64,000 bases of DNA from Saprospiraceae bacterium (GTDB taxonomy: Bacteria > Bacteroidota > Bacteroidia > Chitinophagales > Saprospiraceae): assembly GCA_024103195.1 (NCBI GenBank), contig JAGFIW010000081.1, forward strand, positions 8,572 through 72,571, given 5' to 3'. A program made the translations under genes and the position numbers. The notes beneath the pieces were generated by a model. The model did no database searches and was not told where the DNA came from. It saw only the letters and a program-made list of their open reading frames with translations. How positions within the stretch are numbered: position 1 is the stretch's first letter; each line of letters begins with the position of its first letter. Positions 21,993 to 31,600 of the stretch are shown here, piece by piece.

Positions 21993-23264
21993 ATGATAGA
22001 TCGCAGCGCCCCGCCCCCCATCCGGGAGATAACCCATCTCGGATTCGAGCCGCCCGATGTCCGGATCATGTCCGGGGGAATACCCATGTATATCCTGCCG
22101 GGACCATCAGAAGGGCTTTTGAAACTGGAGGTGATATTTCTGGCAGGACGGATGGACGAGTCTATTCCATTGACGGCCCGGGCCGCCTGTCGGTTGATGC
22201 GGGAGGGAACAACCACCCTGACCAGTGCCGAGATCGCCGAGATCACCGATACCTATGGAGGCACCATCAGCTCCTCCGACAGCATGGACCACAATGGACT
22301 GATGCTCCAGTGCCTCACCCGGTTTTTGCCCGATCTGCTGCCTGTTTTTAGCGATCTGCTGCTTCATCCGTCATTTCCCGAAAAAGAGATCCAGTCCTTC
22401 ATACGCAACCAGAGCCTGCGACTGGAAGAAGACCTGTCCAAGAACGAAGTCGTCGCCTACCGGGAACTGACGGCCCTCCTCTTCGGCGCGGATCATCCCT
22501 ACGGTTACAACAGTACGGCGGAGCTCTACCGGAAATTGGACAGGACGGCCATTGCCGAATTTTGGGAAAGGCACTTCCGGGCAGGGAACGCCCTCCTGTT
22601 CCTGAGCGGTCAGTATAGTGAAAGCGACCTGGCCATGATTGATCAACAGCTGTGCCGGCCTATGCGACCCGGAGGGCACCCCGGCACCTATCGCCATCCG
22701 GCACCGGACCACCGGCAGTTGCTCCAAATGCCGGGCAGTCCGGCGCTTCAATGTGCCATCCGGATCGGTCGACGGTTGTTCAATCGTCTACACCCGGATT
22801 TCCACCCGCTCCAGGCCGCCAATCTCATCCTGGGGGGTTACTTCGGGTCCCGACTCATGACCCAGATCCGGGAAGAACTCGGATTGACCTACAACATTTA
22901 TTCCCACATCGATGTCATGCGGCATGATGGATATTTCTACATTTCCGCCGAAGTCAGCAAAGAAGAGGCCGCCCGCACCAGAACCGAAATCTACCGGGAG
23001 ATGGAGCGATTGCGAGATGAAGAAGTGGAGGAGGACGAATTGCTGATGATGCAGCGGTTTTTCGCAGGCAACATGCTCCACTTGCTGGACGGACCGTTCA
23101 GCAAGTCGGAGACCTTCCGCAATCTGGTCGTGGACGGGGCCGACCACAGGGATTTCAACCGAATGGTGGAGAGAGTGCGTAATGTCACTCCCGAGACCGT
23201 CCGGGAAATGGCCCGAAAGTGGTTTGATCCGGCCGCCATGAGCGAAGTGTTGGTCGGCACCTGA
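21993..23264 (+). CDS. M16 (pitrilysin/insulinase) family protein, probably non-catalytic
   Basis: Peptidase_M16 N- and C-domain-like sequence. No HxxEH zinc motif seen. The track start 21978 is a GTG; the ATG is at 21993. Confidence 0.75.
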   Translation: MIDRSAPPPIREITHLGFEPPDVRIMSGGIPMYILPGPSEGLLKLEVIFLAGRMDESIPLTARAACRLMREGTTTLTSAEIAEITDTYGGTISSSDSMDHNGLMLQCLTRFLPDLLPVFSDLLLHPSFPEKEIQSFIRNQSLRLEEDLSKNEVVAYRELTALLFGADHPYGYNSTAELYRKLDRTAIAEFWERHFRAGNALLFLSGQYSESDLAMIDQQLCRPMRPGGHPGTYRHPAPDHRQLLQMPGSPALQCAIRIGRRLFNRLHPDFHPLQAANLILGGYFGSRLMTQIREELGLTYNIYSHIDVMRHDGYFYISAEVSKEEAARTRTEIYREMERLRDEEVEEDELLMMQRFFAGNMLHLLDGPFSKSETFRNLVVDGADHRDFNRMVERVRNVTPETVREMARKWFDPAAMSEVLVGT

Positions 23265-23338
23265 GAACGACAGCCCTGAAGAGCGTTTTTTTTCGTTGCT
23301 TTGTGGGCTTAACGATTCCCAACCGCGCATCTCCATAT

Positions 23339-24370
23339 ATGGGTCTTTTCAATTTCTTCCGGCAGGAGCTCGCCATAGACCTCGGGACCGCCAATACCCT
23401 GATCATTCAGGACGGGAAGGTCGTGGTGGATGAACCTTCCATTGTCGCCATGGACCGCAAGACCGGCAAAATCATCGCAGTGGGCCGCAAGGCCATGCAG
23501 ATGCATGAAAAGACCCATGATGACATCAAGACGGTCCGTCCCCTCAAGGATGGCGTCATTGCCGATTTCCAGGCCGCAGAGGGAATGATCGCCGGCCTGA
23601 TCAATATGGCCGGCGGGAAACGCCGCTTTTTTTCCCACCTCAAAATGGTCATCTGCATACCCAGCGGCATTACGGAAGTGGAAAAGCGGGCGGTTTTCGA
23701 TTCCGCCGACCATGTCGACAGCAAAGAGACTTATCTGATCCATGAGCCCATGGCGGCTGCCCTGGGTATTGGACTCGATGTGGAAGAGCCGGTTGGCCAC
23801 ATGGTCATTGATATCGGGGGAGGTACGACGGAAATTGCGGTCATTGCCCTGTCCGGCATTGTGGCTGACCAATCTATCCGCACAGCCGGAGACGAACTGA
23901 CCGAGGACGTCATCGACTACATGAAGCGGGAGCACAACCTCCTGATCGGTGAACGGACCGCCGAGCAGATCAAAATACACGTGGGCTCGGCACTTCCTGT
24001 CCTCGACAATCCGCCAGAAGACTATCCGGTCAACGGAAGGGACCTGATGACCGGTATCCCCAAACAAATAAAGATCCGGTATTCGGAAGTGGCTGAAGCC
24101 ATCAATAAATCTGTCGCCAAAATCGAAGAAGCCGTACTCAGGGCCTTGGAAAATACACCTCCGGAGCTCGCTTCCGACATTTACAGCACAGGGCTTTATC
24201 TCACCGGCGGAGGCGCCCTGCTCAGAGGGCTGGACAAGCGCATTTCCCAGAAGACCGCTCTCCCTGTTCATGTGGCCGACGACCCGCTTCGCGCTGTCGT
24301 CAGAGGCACAGGAATTGCCTTGAAGAATACGGATCGCTTTTCCTTCCTCATTGACCGGAGGAGTATGTGA
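23339..24370 (+). CDS. mreB: rod shape-determining protein MreB
   Basis: Actin-fold motifs AIDLGTANTLI and VIDIGGGTTEIAVI. N-terminus MGLFNFF from ATG 23339. Confidence 0.95.
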   Translation: MGLFNFFRQELAIDLGTANTLIIQDGKVVVDEPSIVAMDRKTGKIIAVGRKAMQMHEKTHDDIKTVRPLKDGVIADFQAAEGMIAGLINMAGGKRRFFSHLKMVICIPSGITEVEKRAVFDSADHVDSKETYLIHEPMAAALGIGLDVEEPVGHMVIDIGGGTTEIAVIALSGIVADQSIRTAGDELTEDVIDYMKREHNLLIGERTAEQIKIHVGSALPVLDNPPEDYPVNGRDLMTGIPKQIKIRYSEVAEAINKSVAKIEEAVLRALENTPPELASDIYSTGLYLTGGGALLRGLDKRISQKTALPVHVADDPLRAVVRGTGIALKNTDRFSFLIDRRSM

Positions 24371-24376
24371 TGATCC

Positions 24377-25189
24377 ATGATCAACCTGCTGGTTTTCCTG
24401 ACCCGGTACGGCGGGATGTTGACTTTCCTTTTATTGGGTGGAATTTCCCTGTATCTCGTGGTGAGATACAACCAGACCCAACGTGAGATTTGGATCAATT
24501 CGTCCCAGTATTACAGTGGGGTATTGCTCGAAAAAACCAACCGGCTGAAGGAGTACTCCCTTTTGCTGGAAGTGGCTGATTCCCTGGCTCAGGAGAATGC
24601 CCGCCTGTATACCCGCCTGTACCACCAATTGGCGATTTCATCGCCGGAGTCAACGCCCGATTCCCTCCTTTCCCAGTTTGACATGGTACCTGCCCGTATC
24701 ATCAAGAACAGCATACACCTGCCCAACAACAACATCACACTGGACAAAGGCACCCTTCATGGGGTAGTTCCCGGTATGGGCGTGATCCTCCACAATGGTG
24801 TACTTGGCATCGTGCGGTCGGCCACACCCCGATTCAGCAGGGTCATGTCTGTGCTCAATACGCGCACGTTTGTCAGCGGAACCATTACCCGGGCCGGAGC
24901 ATTCGGCACGCTCAATTGGACCGGGCAGGACCCCGGCATCCTCATCATGCAGGAAGTGCCCAAACACATCCAGGTCCAGGTCGGGGATACTATTGTGACG
25001 AGCGGTCATTCCGCCATTTTCCCGGCAGGGATCCCGATTGGCGTGGTCCGGCAGTATTTTGTTCCTTCAGGCAGTCATTCCCTACACATTGAGGTCAAAC
25101 TTTTTGCCGACCTGGCCAGGACGAACCGGGCCTATATCGTGCGCAACAAATACTGGGAGGAAATCCGGCAGCTTGAAAACGGCGAGTGA
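24377..25189 (+). CDS. mreC: rod shape-determining protein MreC
   Basis: N-terminal TM helix, coiled-coil segment, then a beta-rich domain (GDTIVTSGHSAIFPAGIPIGVV). Position directly after mreB. Confidence 0.85.
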   Translation: MINLLVFLTRYGGMLTFLLLGGISLYLVVRYNQTQREIWINSSQYYSGVLLEKTNRLKEYSLLLEVADSLAQENARLYTRLYHQLAISSPESTPDSLLSQFDMVPARIIKNSIHLPNNNITLDKGTLHGVVPGMGVILHNGVLGIVRSATPRFSRVMSVLNTRTFVSGTITRAGAFGTLNWTGQDPGILIMQEVPKHIQVQVGDTIVTSGHSAIFPAGIPIGVVRQYFVPSGSHSLHIEVKLFADLARTNRAYIVRNKYWEEIRQLENGE

Positions 25190-25710
25190 TGCAACAGGAA
25201 TGGAAGATCCATACACTCCGTTTTATCATCCTTGTGGCCTTGCAGGTGCTGATTCTGCAGAGTGTCCATCCCGGAGACGGTTGGCTGCGGTATGGAGAGA
25301 TCTTTCTGTACCCCCTCTTCCTGATGAGCCTGCCCTTCCGCATGCATGCCGCTTTTCTGGTCATGTGCGGTTTTGCCACCGGCATCATCGTCGATCTCTT
25401 TTATGACACCCCGGGTGTCCATGCAGGCGCCTCCGTCCTTTCTGCATTTCTGCGTCCGTTATGGCTTCAAATCATCGAACCTCGTGCCGGCTATGATCCA
25501 CGGCAATCCCTGACCCGGCGTTCCTTCGGGATGGGGTGGTTTTTGCGTTTTTCGGGTGGGTATCTGTTCATCCATATCCTGGCCATACAGAGCCTCACCC
25601 TTTTCAGTTTTTACTATATGACGGATATCCTTTGGAGGACGGCATTGTGCTGGGCCTTATCTTTCATCGTTCTTTTCCTGCAGGATATCGTCATCCATCC
25701 CCGCAGATAA
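25186..25710 (+). CDS. mreD: rod shape-determining protein MreD
   Basis: 174-aa polytopic membrane protein. ATGA overlap with mreC and 1-nt overlap with mrdA. Call rests on position and hydrophobicity. Confidence 0.7.
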   Translation: MMQQEWKIHTLRFIILVALQVLILQSVHPGDGWLRYGEIFLYPLFLMSLPFRMHAAFLVMCGFATGIIVDLFYDTPGVHAGASVLSAFLRPLWLQIIEPRAGYDPRQSLTRRSFGMGWFLRFSGGYLFIHILAIQSLTLFSFYYMTDILWRTALCWALSFIVLFLQDIVIHPRR

Positions 25711-27551
25711 TGGCCAAAGAAAACGGACATTTCGCCATCGTCAGTACCCTGGTCCTGGTTGTCAGCATTACGCTGGCCGTCCGGGTGGGTTATATCCAGT
25801 TGTTGGACGATACATTCAAGGACCGCAGTCGCACCTACGCCATTGAGAAACAGTTGATCTATCCTTCGCGCGGTCTTATATACGACCGGGAAGAAAAACT
25901 TCTGGTCCACAACGAGAGCAGCTACGATCTCATGGTCACCCATGCCCAAATGGATGCCGGGATGGACACCCTTCGCTTCTGCCGTCTGCTTGGGATTGAC
26001 CGGGCTACTTTTCTGGATCAGATCAGCAAAGACTGGAGCGACATCCGGTATTCCCGACATGTGCCGTTTGTGTTTATGGCCAAAGTGCCACCGGATGTGT
26101 ATGCCCGTGTCCAGGAGTTGCTTTTCGAATTTCCGGGGTTCTTTTTTCAAAGCCGGAATGTGCGAAGTTATCCGTATCCCAATGCGGCCCATGTCCTGGG
26201 CTACCTGGGTGAAGTGAGCAAGCAGCAGGTGGAACAATCGAAAGGCCGGTACCTGCCTGGGGATTATACCGGGATAGCAGGATTGGAAAAATCTTATGAG
26301 GATCCCCTCCGGGGAGAACATGGCGTGCGCTACCTCCTCAAGGACAACGTCGGACGGGTTGTCGGATCCTGGCGCGATGGCGAACAAGACCGCGAACCCG
26401 TTTCCGGCAAAAACATTCAGACCACGATTGATATCGAACTGACGCGCTATGCCGAGGCATTGCTTCGCAACAAACGCGGATCCGTCGTGGCCATTGAACC
26501 TTCGACCGGCGAGATCCTGGCGCTGGTCTCATCCCCCTCCTACGATCCCAACTTGCTGATCTTGTCCAATCAACGCGGCAATGCCTTCCGCCAATTGCAG
26601 GCTGATACGCTCAAGCCCTTTTTTGACAGGAGTATCATGGCTCGTTATCCGCCCGGATCCATTTTCAAATCCATTGTGGGTTTGGTCGCCCTCCAGGAAG
26701 GAGTCACCCATCCCCGTCGTTACATCCCCTGTTCAGGCGCCTATTACTACAACGAGGAGTCCTGGGGATGTCACGCCCATTGGCCAACCACCAATATCCA
26801 GGCAGCGCTCACCGTGAGCTGCAACACGTATTTTTTCACGCTGATGAGAGAAATTCTCGACAAGTACGGCGTCTCACGGGTCAAAGAAGGCCTGGATATG
26901 TTCAATCGTCACCTGAATACATTCGGTCTGGGTCATCCACTCGGTGTCGAGATGCCCAACGAGAATGCGGGATTTTTACCCACCCCGGCCTTTTATGACC
27001 GGCTCTACAACAACAGAAGGTGGTTGTCACCTACCATCATGAATATTGGCGTTGGACAGGGAGAAGTGCAACTCACAACCTTGCAAATGGCGCATCTGGC
27101 GGCCATCATTGCCAACCGCGGCAGCTATTTTACACCCCATCTGGTGCGCCGTTTTATGGAGGAAGATACACCTGTAAATGGTGCTTTCACTACCCGGCAA
27201 CGCGTATCGGTGGACGAAAAGCATTTCGTGCCCATTGTGGACGGACTGGAGCAGGTCATCCTTTATGGGACAGCTCGTTCCTCCGCTATCCCGGGCATTT
27301 CCCTGTGCGGCAAGACCGGAACCTCCCAAAACCCACACGGCAAGGACCATAGCGTATTCTTCGGATTTGCCCCCAAAACCAATCCCCGGATCGCTATAGC
27401 CGTTTACATTGAAAACGCCGGTTTTGGCGGGGATTTTGCCGCCCCCATTGCCAGCCTGGTGGTTGAAAAATACCTCAGGGGATCCATCTCCGCCGAAAGG
27501 CAGGCCCTGGAGCAACGCATGATGATGACAAATGTCAACGCCATGCCGTGA
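25710..27551 (+). CDS. mrdA: penicillin-binding protein 2 (elongasome transpeptidase)
   Basis: SxxK (PPGSIFK), SxN (VSCNTYF), KTG (GKTGTSQ). N-terminal TM anchor. ATG 25710 overlaps the mreD TAA. Confidence 0.9.
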   Translation: MAKENGHFAIVSTLVLVVSITLAVRVGYIQLLDDTFKDRSRTYAIEKQLIYPSRGLIYDREEKLLVHNESSYDLMVTHAQMDAGMDTLRFCRLLGIDRATFLDQISKDWSDIRYSRHVPFVFMAKVPPDVYARVQELLFEFPGFFFQSRNVRSYPYPNAAHVLGYLGEVSKQQVEQSKGRYLPGDYTGIAGLEKSYEDPLRGEHGVRYLLKDNVGRVVGSWRDGEQDREPVSGKNIQTTIDIELTRYAEALLRNKRGSVVAIEPSTGEILALVSSPSYDPNLLILSNQRGNAFRQLQADTLKPFFDRSIMARYPPGSIFKSIVGLVALQEGVTHPRRYIPCSGAYYYNEESWGCHAHWPTTNIQAALTVSCNTYFFTLMREILDKYGVSRVKEGLDMFNRHLNTFGLGHPLGVEMPNENAGFLPTPAFYDRLYNNRRWLSPTIMNIGVGQGEVQLTTLQMAHLAAIIANRGSYFTPHLVRRFMEEDTPVNGAFTTRQRVSVDEKHFVPIVDGLEQVILYGTARSSAIPGISLCGKTGTSQNPHGKDHSVFFGFAPKTNPRIAIAVYIENAGFGGDFAAPIASLVVEKYLRGSISAERQALEQRMMMTNVNAMP

Positions 27552-27640
27552 GCGAAGGACAGCGCGTACTTTTGGAGCATGAAGATCCCTGCTTTCGAAA
27601 ATTTCATGATGGAACAAGGTCAGGGTGCCAAATGGTCCGC

Positions 27641-28585
27641 ATGAAACAAGGCACCGTTTTCAAATCGACGGGTAGCTGGTACCAGGTTCGTCAGGCGGCG
27701 GATGATTTTATCGCCTGCCGTATGGCAGGAAAGAAGAGACTGGATGCCGATCGTATCACCAATCCCGTGGGTGTGGGGGATGAAGTACTCTTCACTGTGG
27801 AAAGTGATGGCACCGGTACGATCAGAGAGATTCTGCCCCGTCGGAATTATGTGGTCAGACAAAGTCCCAGACAGAAACATCAGGTTCATTTTCTTGCCAC
27901 CAATATCGATCAGGCACTGCTTGTCGTGACCGTCATTGAACCCAGACTGAAAGTCGGATTCATTGACCGATTTCTCGTCATGACCGAACCCTATGAAATC
28001 CCAACCGTGATCGTCCTCAACAAATGCGATCTGTACGATGACGATGCATGGGAATCCGTCGAGGCCCTGAAAGCCCTGTATGAGCCACTCGGCTACCGGA
28101 TATTGCCTTGTTCGGCGCTGAACGGTGTCGGGATGCCGGAGATCAGGTCCCTGTTGAAGGACAAGAGGAGCCTTTTCGCCGGTCAGAGCGGGGTGGGAAA
28201 ATCCACATTGATCAATGCGGTAGAACCTGCCCTTTCCCTGCGCACCCATCAACTGTCCGAATTCAGTGGCAAAGGGCAACACACGACCACGTTTGCCGAG
28301 ATGTTCACCCTGGAAGGAGGCGGCGAAATTATTGATACACCCGGCATCAAAACGCTCTCGTTCAATCACCTGACCGTCCAGGATGTATCCCACAATTTCA
28401 GGGAGATTTTTCGGGTGGGTCAACATTGCCGGTTTGGCAATTGCACCCACCGGCAGGAACCGGGATGCGCGGTTAAGCAAGCGGTAGAAAAAGGCGAAAT
28501 CAGCCAGATCCGCTATATGAATTATTTGCAGATCCTCGACGAAATAGAAAACCAAAAATATTGGGAACTCCGGGAAGATGTTTGA
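27641..28585 (+). CDS. rsgA: ribosome small-subunit-dependent GTPase A
   Basis: Circularly permuted GTPase: NKCD (VLNKCDL), P-loop GQSGVGKSTLIN, DTPGIK. Zinc knuckle CRFGNCTHRQEPGCAV. N-terminus MKQGTVFKSTGSWYQV from ATG 27641; alternative starts are 27632 and 27548 (GTG). Confidence 0.9.
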   Translation: MKQGTVFKSTGSWYQVRQAADDFIACRMAGKKRLDADRITNPVGVGDEVLFTVESDGTGTIREILPRRNYVVRQSPRQKHQVHFLATNIDQALLVVTVIEPRLKVGFIDRFLVMTEPYEIPTVIVLNKCDLYDDDAWESVEALKALYEPLGYRILPCSALNGVGMPEIRSLLKDKRSLFAGQSGVGKSTLINAVEPALSLRTHQLSEFSGKGQHTTTFAEMFTLEGGGEIIDTPGIKTLSFNHLTVQDVSHNFREIFRVGQHCRFGNCTHRQEPGCAVKQAVEKGEISQIRYMNYLQILDEIENQKYWELREDV

Positions 28586-28601
28586 TCGGCCCGGAGTTCC
28601 C
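28563..28601. terminator. 12-bp perfect inverted repeat at the rsgA stop (possible bidirectional terminator)
   Basis: GGGAACTCCGGG (28563-28574) and CCCGGAGTTCCC (28590-28601) with a 15-nt loop containing the rsgA TGA. No T run. Confidence 0.4.
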
Positions 28602-28615
28602 CGACCCTCATGGCA

Positions 28616-31600
28616 TTACCGCATCAGGGTCACATCGCCTTTGTACAAAATGGTGATGCCGTCGTTGAACCGGATACGCGCATAGTACACAAAGACTTCG
28701 GGATTGGCCGGCTTGTCCCTGAAGGTGCCGTCCCATCCGACAGACGGATCATTGGGTGGCAGGCCATCTCCCCGGAAAACCCTTTCTCCCCAACGGTTGA
28801 AAACTTCAAGCACTTCGATTTCTTCCACACCGTCCCCGGCCTGGATGTAAAACCTTGTGTTCTGGTCTCCTCCGGGATGAAAGACATTGGGGATGTAAAC
28901 AGGGCGTCGCTTTTCCACCAAAACCAACACCTTGTCCTCCGCCCTGCATCCGGCGGTATCCGTAACAGTGACTCCGTAAAGGGTTTGATTGTACGGCCGG
29001 ATATAGATCTCCCTGGAGGAGAGGGTTGTGTCGACACCGGCTGGTGTCCAAAGGATGGAGGTGATGGGCGCATTGGGCGGAGATATCAGCGCATAAAGGA
29101 AAGTGTCGCGCCCCCATTGAAGGATGAAATCTTCGCCCAGCTCTACCGTCAAAGGCAAGGGCTCCATGATGTCGAAATCCGGCGCAGTAAACAGGCATCC
29201 GGCAGCATCCTGCACGGTGATGACATAGGTGCCTTCTCCCAAACCGCTGAATTGGGCATTTGGGGTGAAAGGCCCTCCGTTCAAACTGTACAGATAGGGT
29301 GGTGTACCACCATCCACCTGCAATATCTGAATGGAACCGTTGCGCTCGCCAAAACAACGGGGATCCTGGATCACCGACTCAAGTCCCGAAGGCCGGTTGG
29401 TGTTCTCCTCGACAAGTACGTTGGCGGTAGCCGAGCATCCGTTAAAAGCATTGAATACCGTCAACACATAAACACCCGGGACATTGACCTGAGACAAGAG
29501 AGCTCCCGTTCCGGCAGGTTGGCCGGCGGGATTGGTCCAAGTGTAACTGATGTCAGGTCCGGAACTGGAACCGGAGGCAGACAATGTGGTCGATGGCTGG
29601 GCGCAATCAAGAATATTCGCTGCGCTGGCCATGGCAGTGGGCAGGTCCTTGTCCTCGGTCACCTGAGCCGTTGCCTGGTTGGTACAACCGTTTGGCGCCG
29701 TCACGGTAAGCACATAGGCGCCGGGTACAGTAACGGTCGGTTGTGGGGAGGTGGACGTGAATCCGCCAGGCCCCGCCCAATGGTAGGTTATACCGGGCGT
29801 GGCCGAGGAACCGGTAAGGACCAGATCCGGTGCCGTACAGGTGAGTACCCCTTCGGTGACGGCGACATCCGGGACAGCAATGTCCTGGGTGACCTGGGCG
29901 GATTGCTCAGCTGTGCATCCGTTGGCGGTGTTGGTGACCACCAGGGTGTAGGTCCCCGGCAACTGGACGGACAAGGTGGTCGATGAACCGGCGATAGGCG
30001 AGCCGTCCCTCAGCCATTGCACGGAAATGCCGGATGCCGGTTGCACATTGCCGGTCAGATCCAGGCTGGTTTGGTTGCAATCCAAAAGGCCGCCGTTCAA
30101 CTGAATCTGGGGCGCTACTTTGTCTTCCGTGACAACCGTGCTGGCCGTGGAGGTGCACCCGTTGACGGGATCAGTAACCGTCACGGAATAGGTGCCCGGC
30201 AGAGAAATGTTAGGCTCGGGTTCCTGTTGATTGCCTGCCTGTATATCCGGCCCGGACCATTGGTAGTCGACGCCGGTACCCGGTGTATTGGTCAGGGTGC
30301 GAACCGGATTGGCGCAAGTGAGCGGTTGGACAGGAGGAATCGTGATGCCCGGTGTGGCCACATTGGAGGTTACCGTGGCCGTCGCGATGGCGGTACATCC
30401 GTTGGTCGGATGGGTGACCGTTACGGTCCAGATCCCAGGTGTATTCACCTGGATCTGAGGCGTGTTGCCTCCGAAAGGAACCTGCGAGGGGTCGGCCCAT
30501 TGATAGGAGACGCCGGCAGAAGGGGTCGATTGTACGGACACCGGAACGGTAGGATTGTAACAATTGATCAAATTGCCGGTCGTGCTCAATACCGGATGAA
30601 GGGTATCAATGCCTACGGTCGTCTGCGTAGCCACGGTGCAACCATTGGAGGGATTGGTCACCGTAACCGCATAGATACCGGGCACAAGCACGGATGCCTG
30701 TGTGCCGGAGCCCGAATAACCCGGGCCCGACCATTGATAGGTGACACCGGCGGTCGAGCTGCCGGCCTCGATCTGCACGGAGGTCTGGCTGCAGGTGATG
30801 GGACCGTCATTGGAAGCAAACACATCCTGGGGAAGATCAGGAGAGGCAGTGACCATGGCCTGCGCAGAATCTTTGCAACCATTGTATCCCGTGATGACGA
30901 GGAGGTAGTTGCCCGGCGCCGTCACCGACGGATTGGGTCCTGAGCCCAGCGGACTTCCGGTGGGCGTATACCACTGATAGCTTACCCCCGGCGTCGAGGA
31001 GGTGCCGTTCAGGGTGATGCTGGAGGCAATACAGTCGATGACACCCCCTTGCGCCAGATCGATGACAGGAGGGGTAAGATCCTCACCGATGGTGACAGTA
31101 GCCTGATTCGTGCATCCGTTGGCAGCGGTAACCGTCAACACGTAGGGTCCCGACTGCTGGACGGCCAACAGGGAATCCGTTCCCAAAACGGTACCGGAGG
31201 GTGTGGTCCATACCCAGGTGACCGGCATGCTGGCCGTTCCTGCCAGCTGGATATCCGTCACGGCACAACTGATGGTATCATCCGTTGTAGCGATCCATAC
31301 ATCCGGAATGACGGCATCCAGGACGGCTTCGGCGGTGGTCGTTTGGGTACATCCGTTCGGTCCGGTCACGGTGAGGACATATTGACCCGGCACGCTGACC
31401 TGGATGGATGCGGTATTGCCTGCAGGATTTCCGACCGGGTCTGTCCAGGAGAAGGTAGCGCCCTGGGTGGCCGACGAGCCGGTCAATGTCCCTATGGTCT
31501 TGATGCAATCCAGAGAATCTCCTTCCGCCTGAGCATCCGGAGGAGTGGTATCCTCGGGCACGACTATGGTGGTGTCTTTGGAGCAACCGTTGACCGGATG

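Noticed and set aside
23265-23300. Terminator after the M16 gene (T8 run at 23286-23293)
   Set aside because: I could find only a 4-bp stem (AACG/CGTT) upstream of the T run. That is too weak to call.
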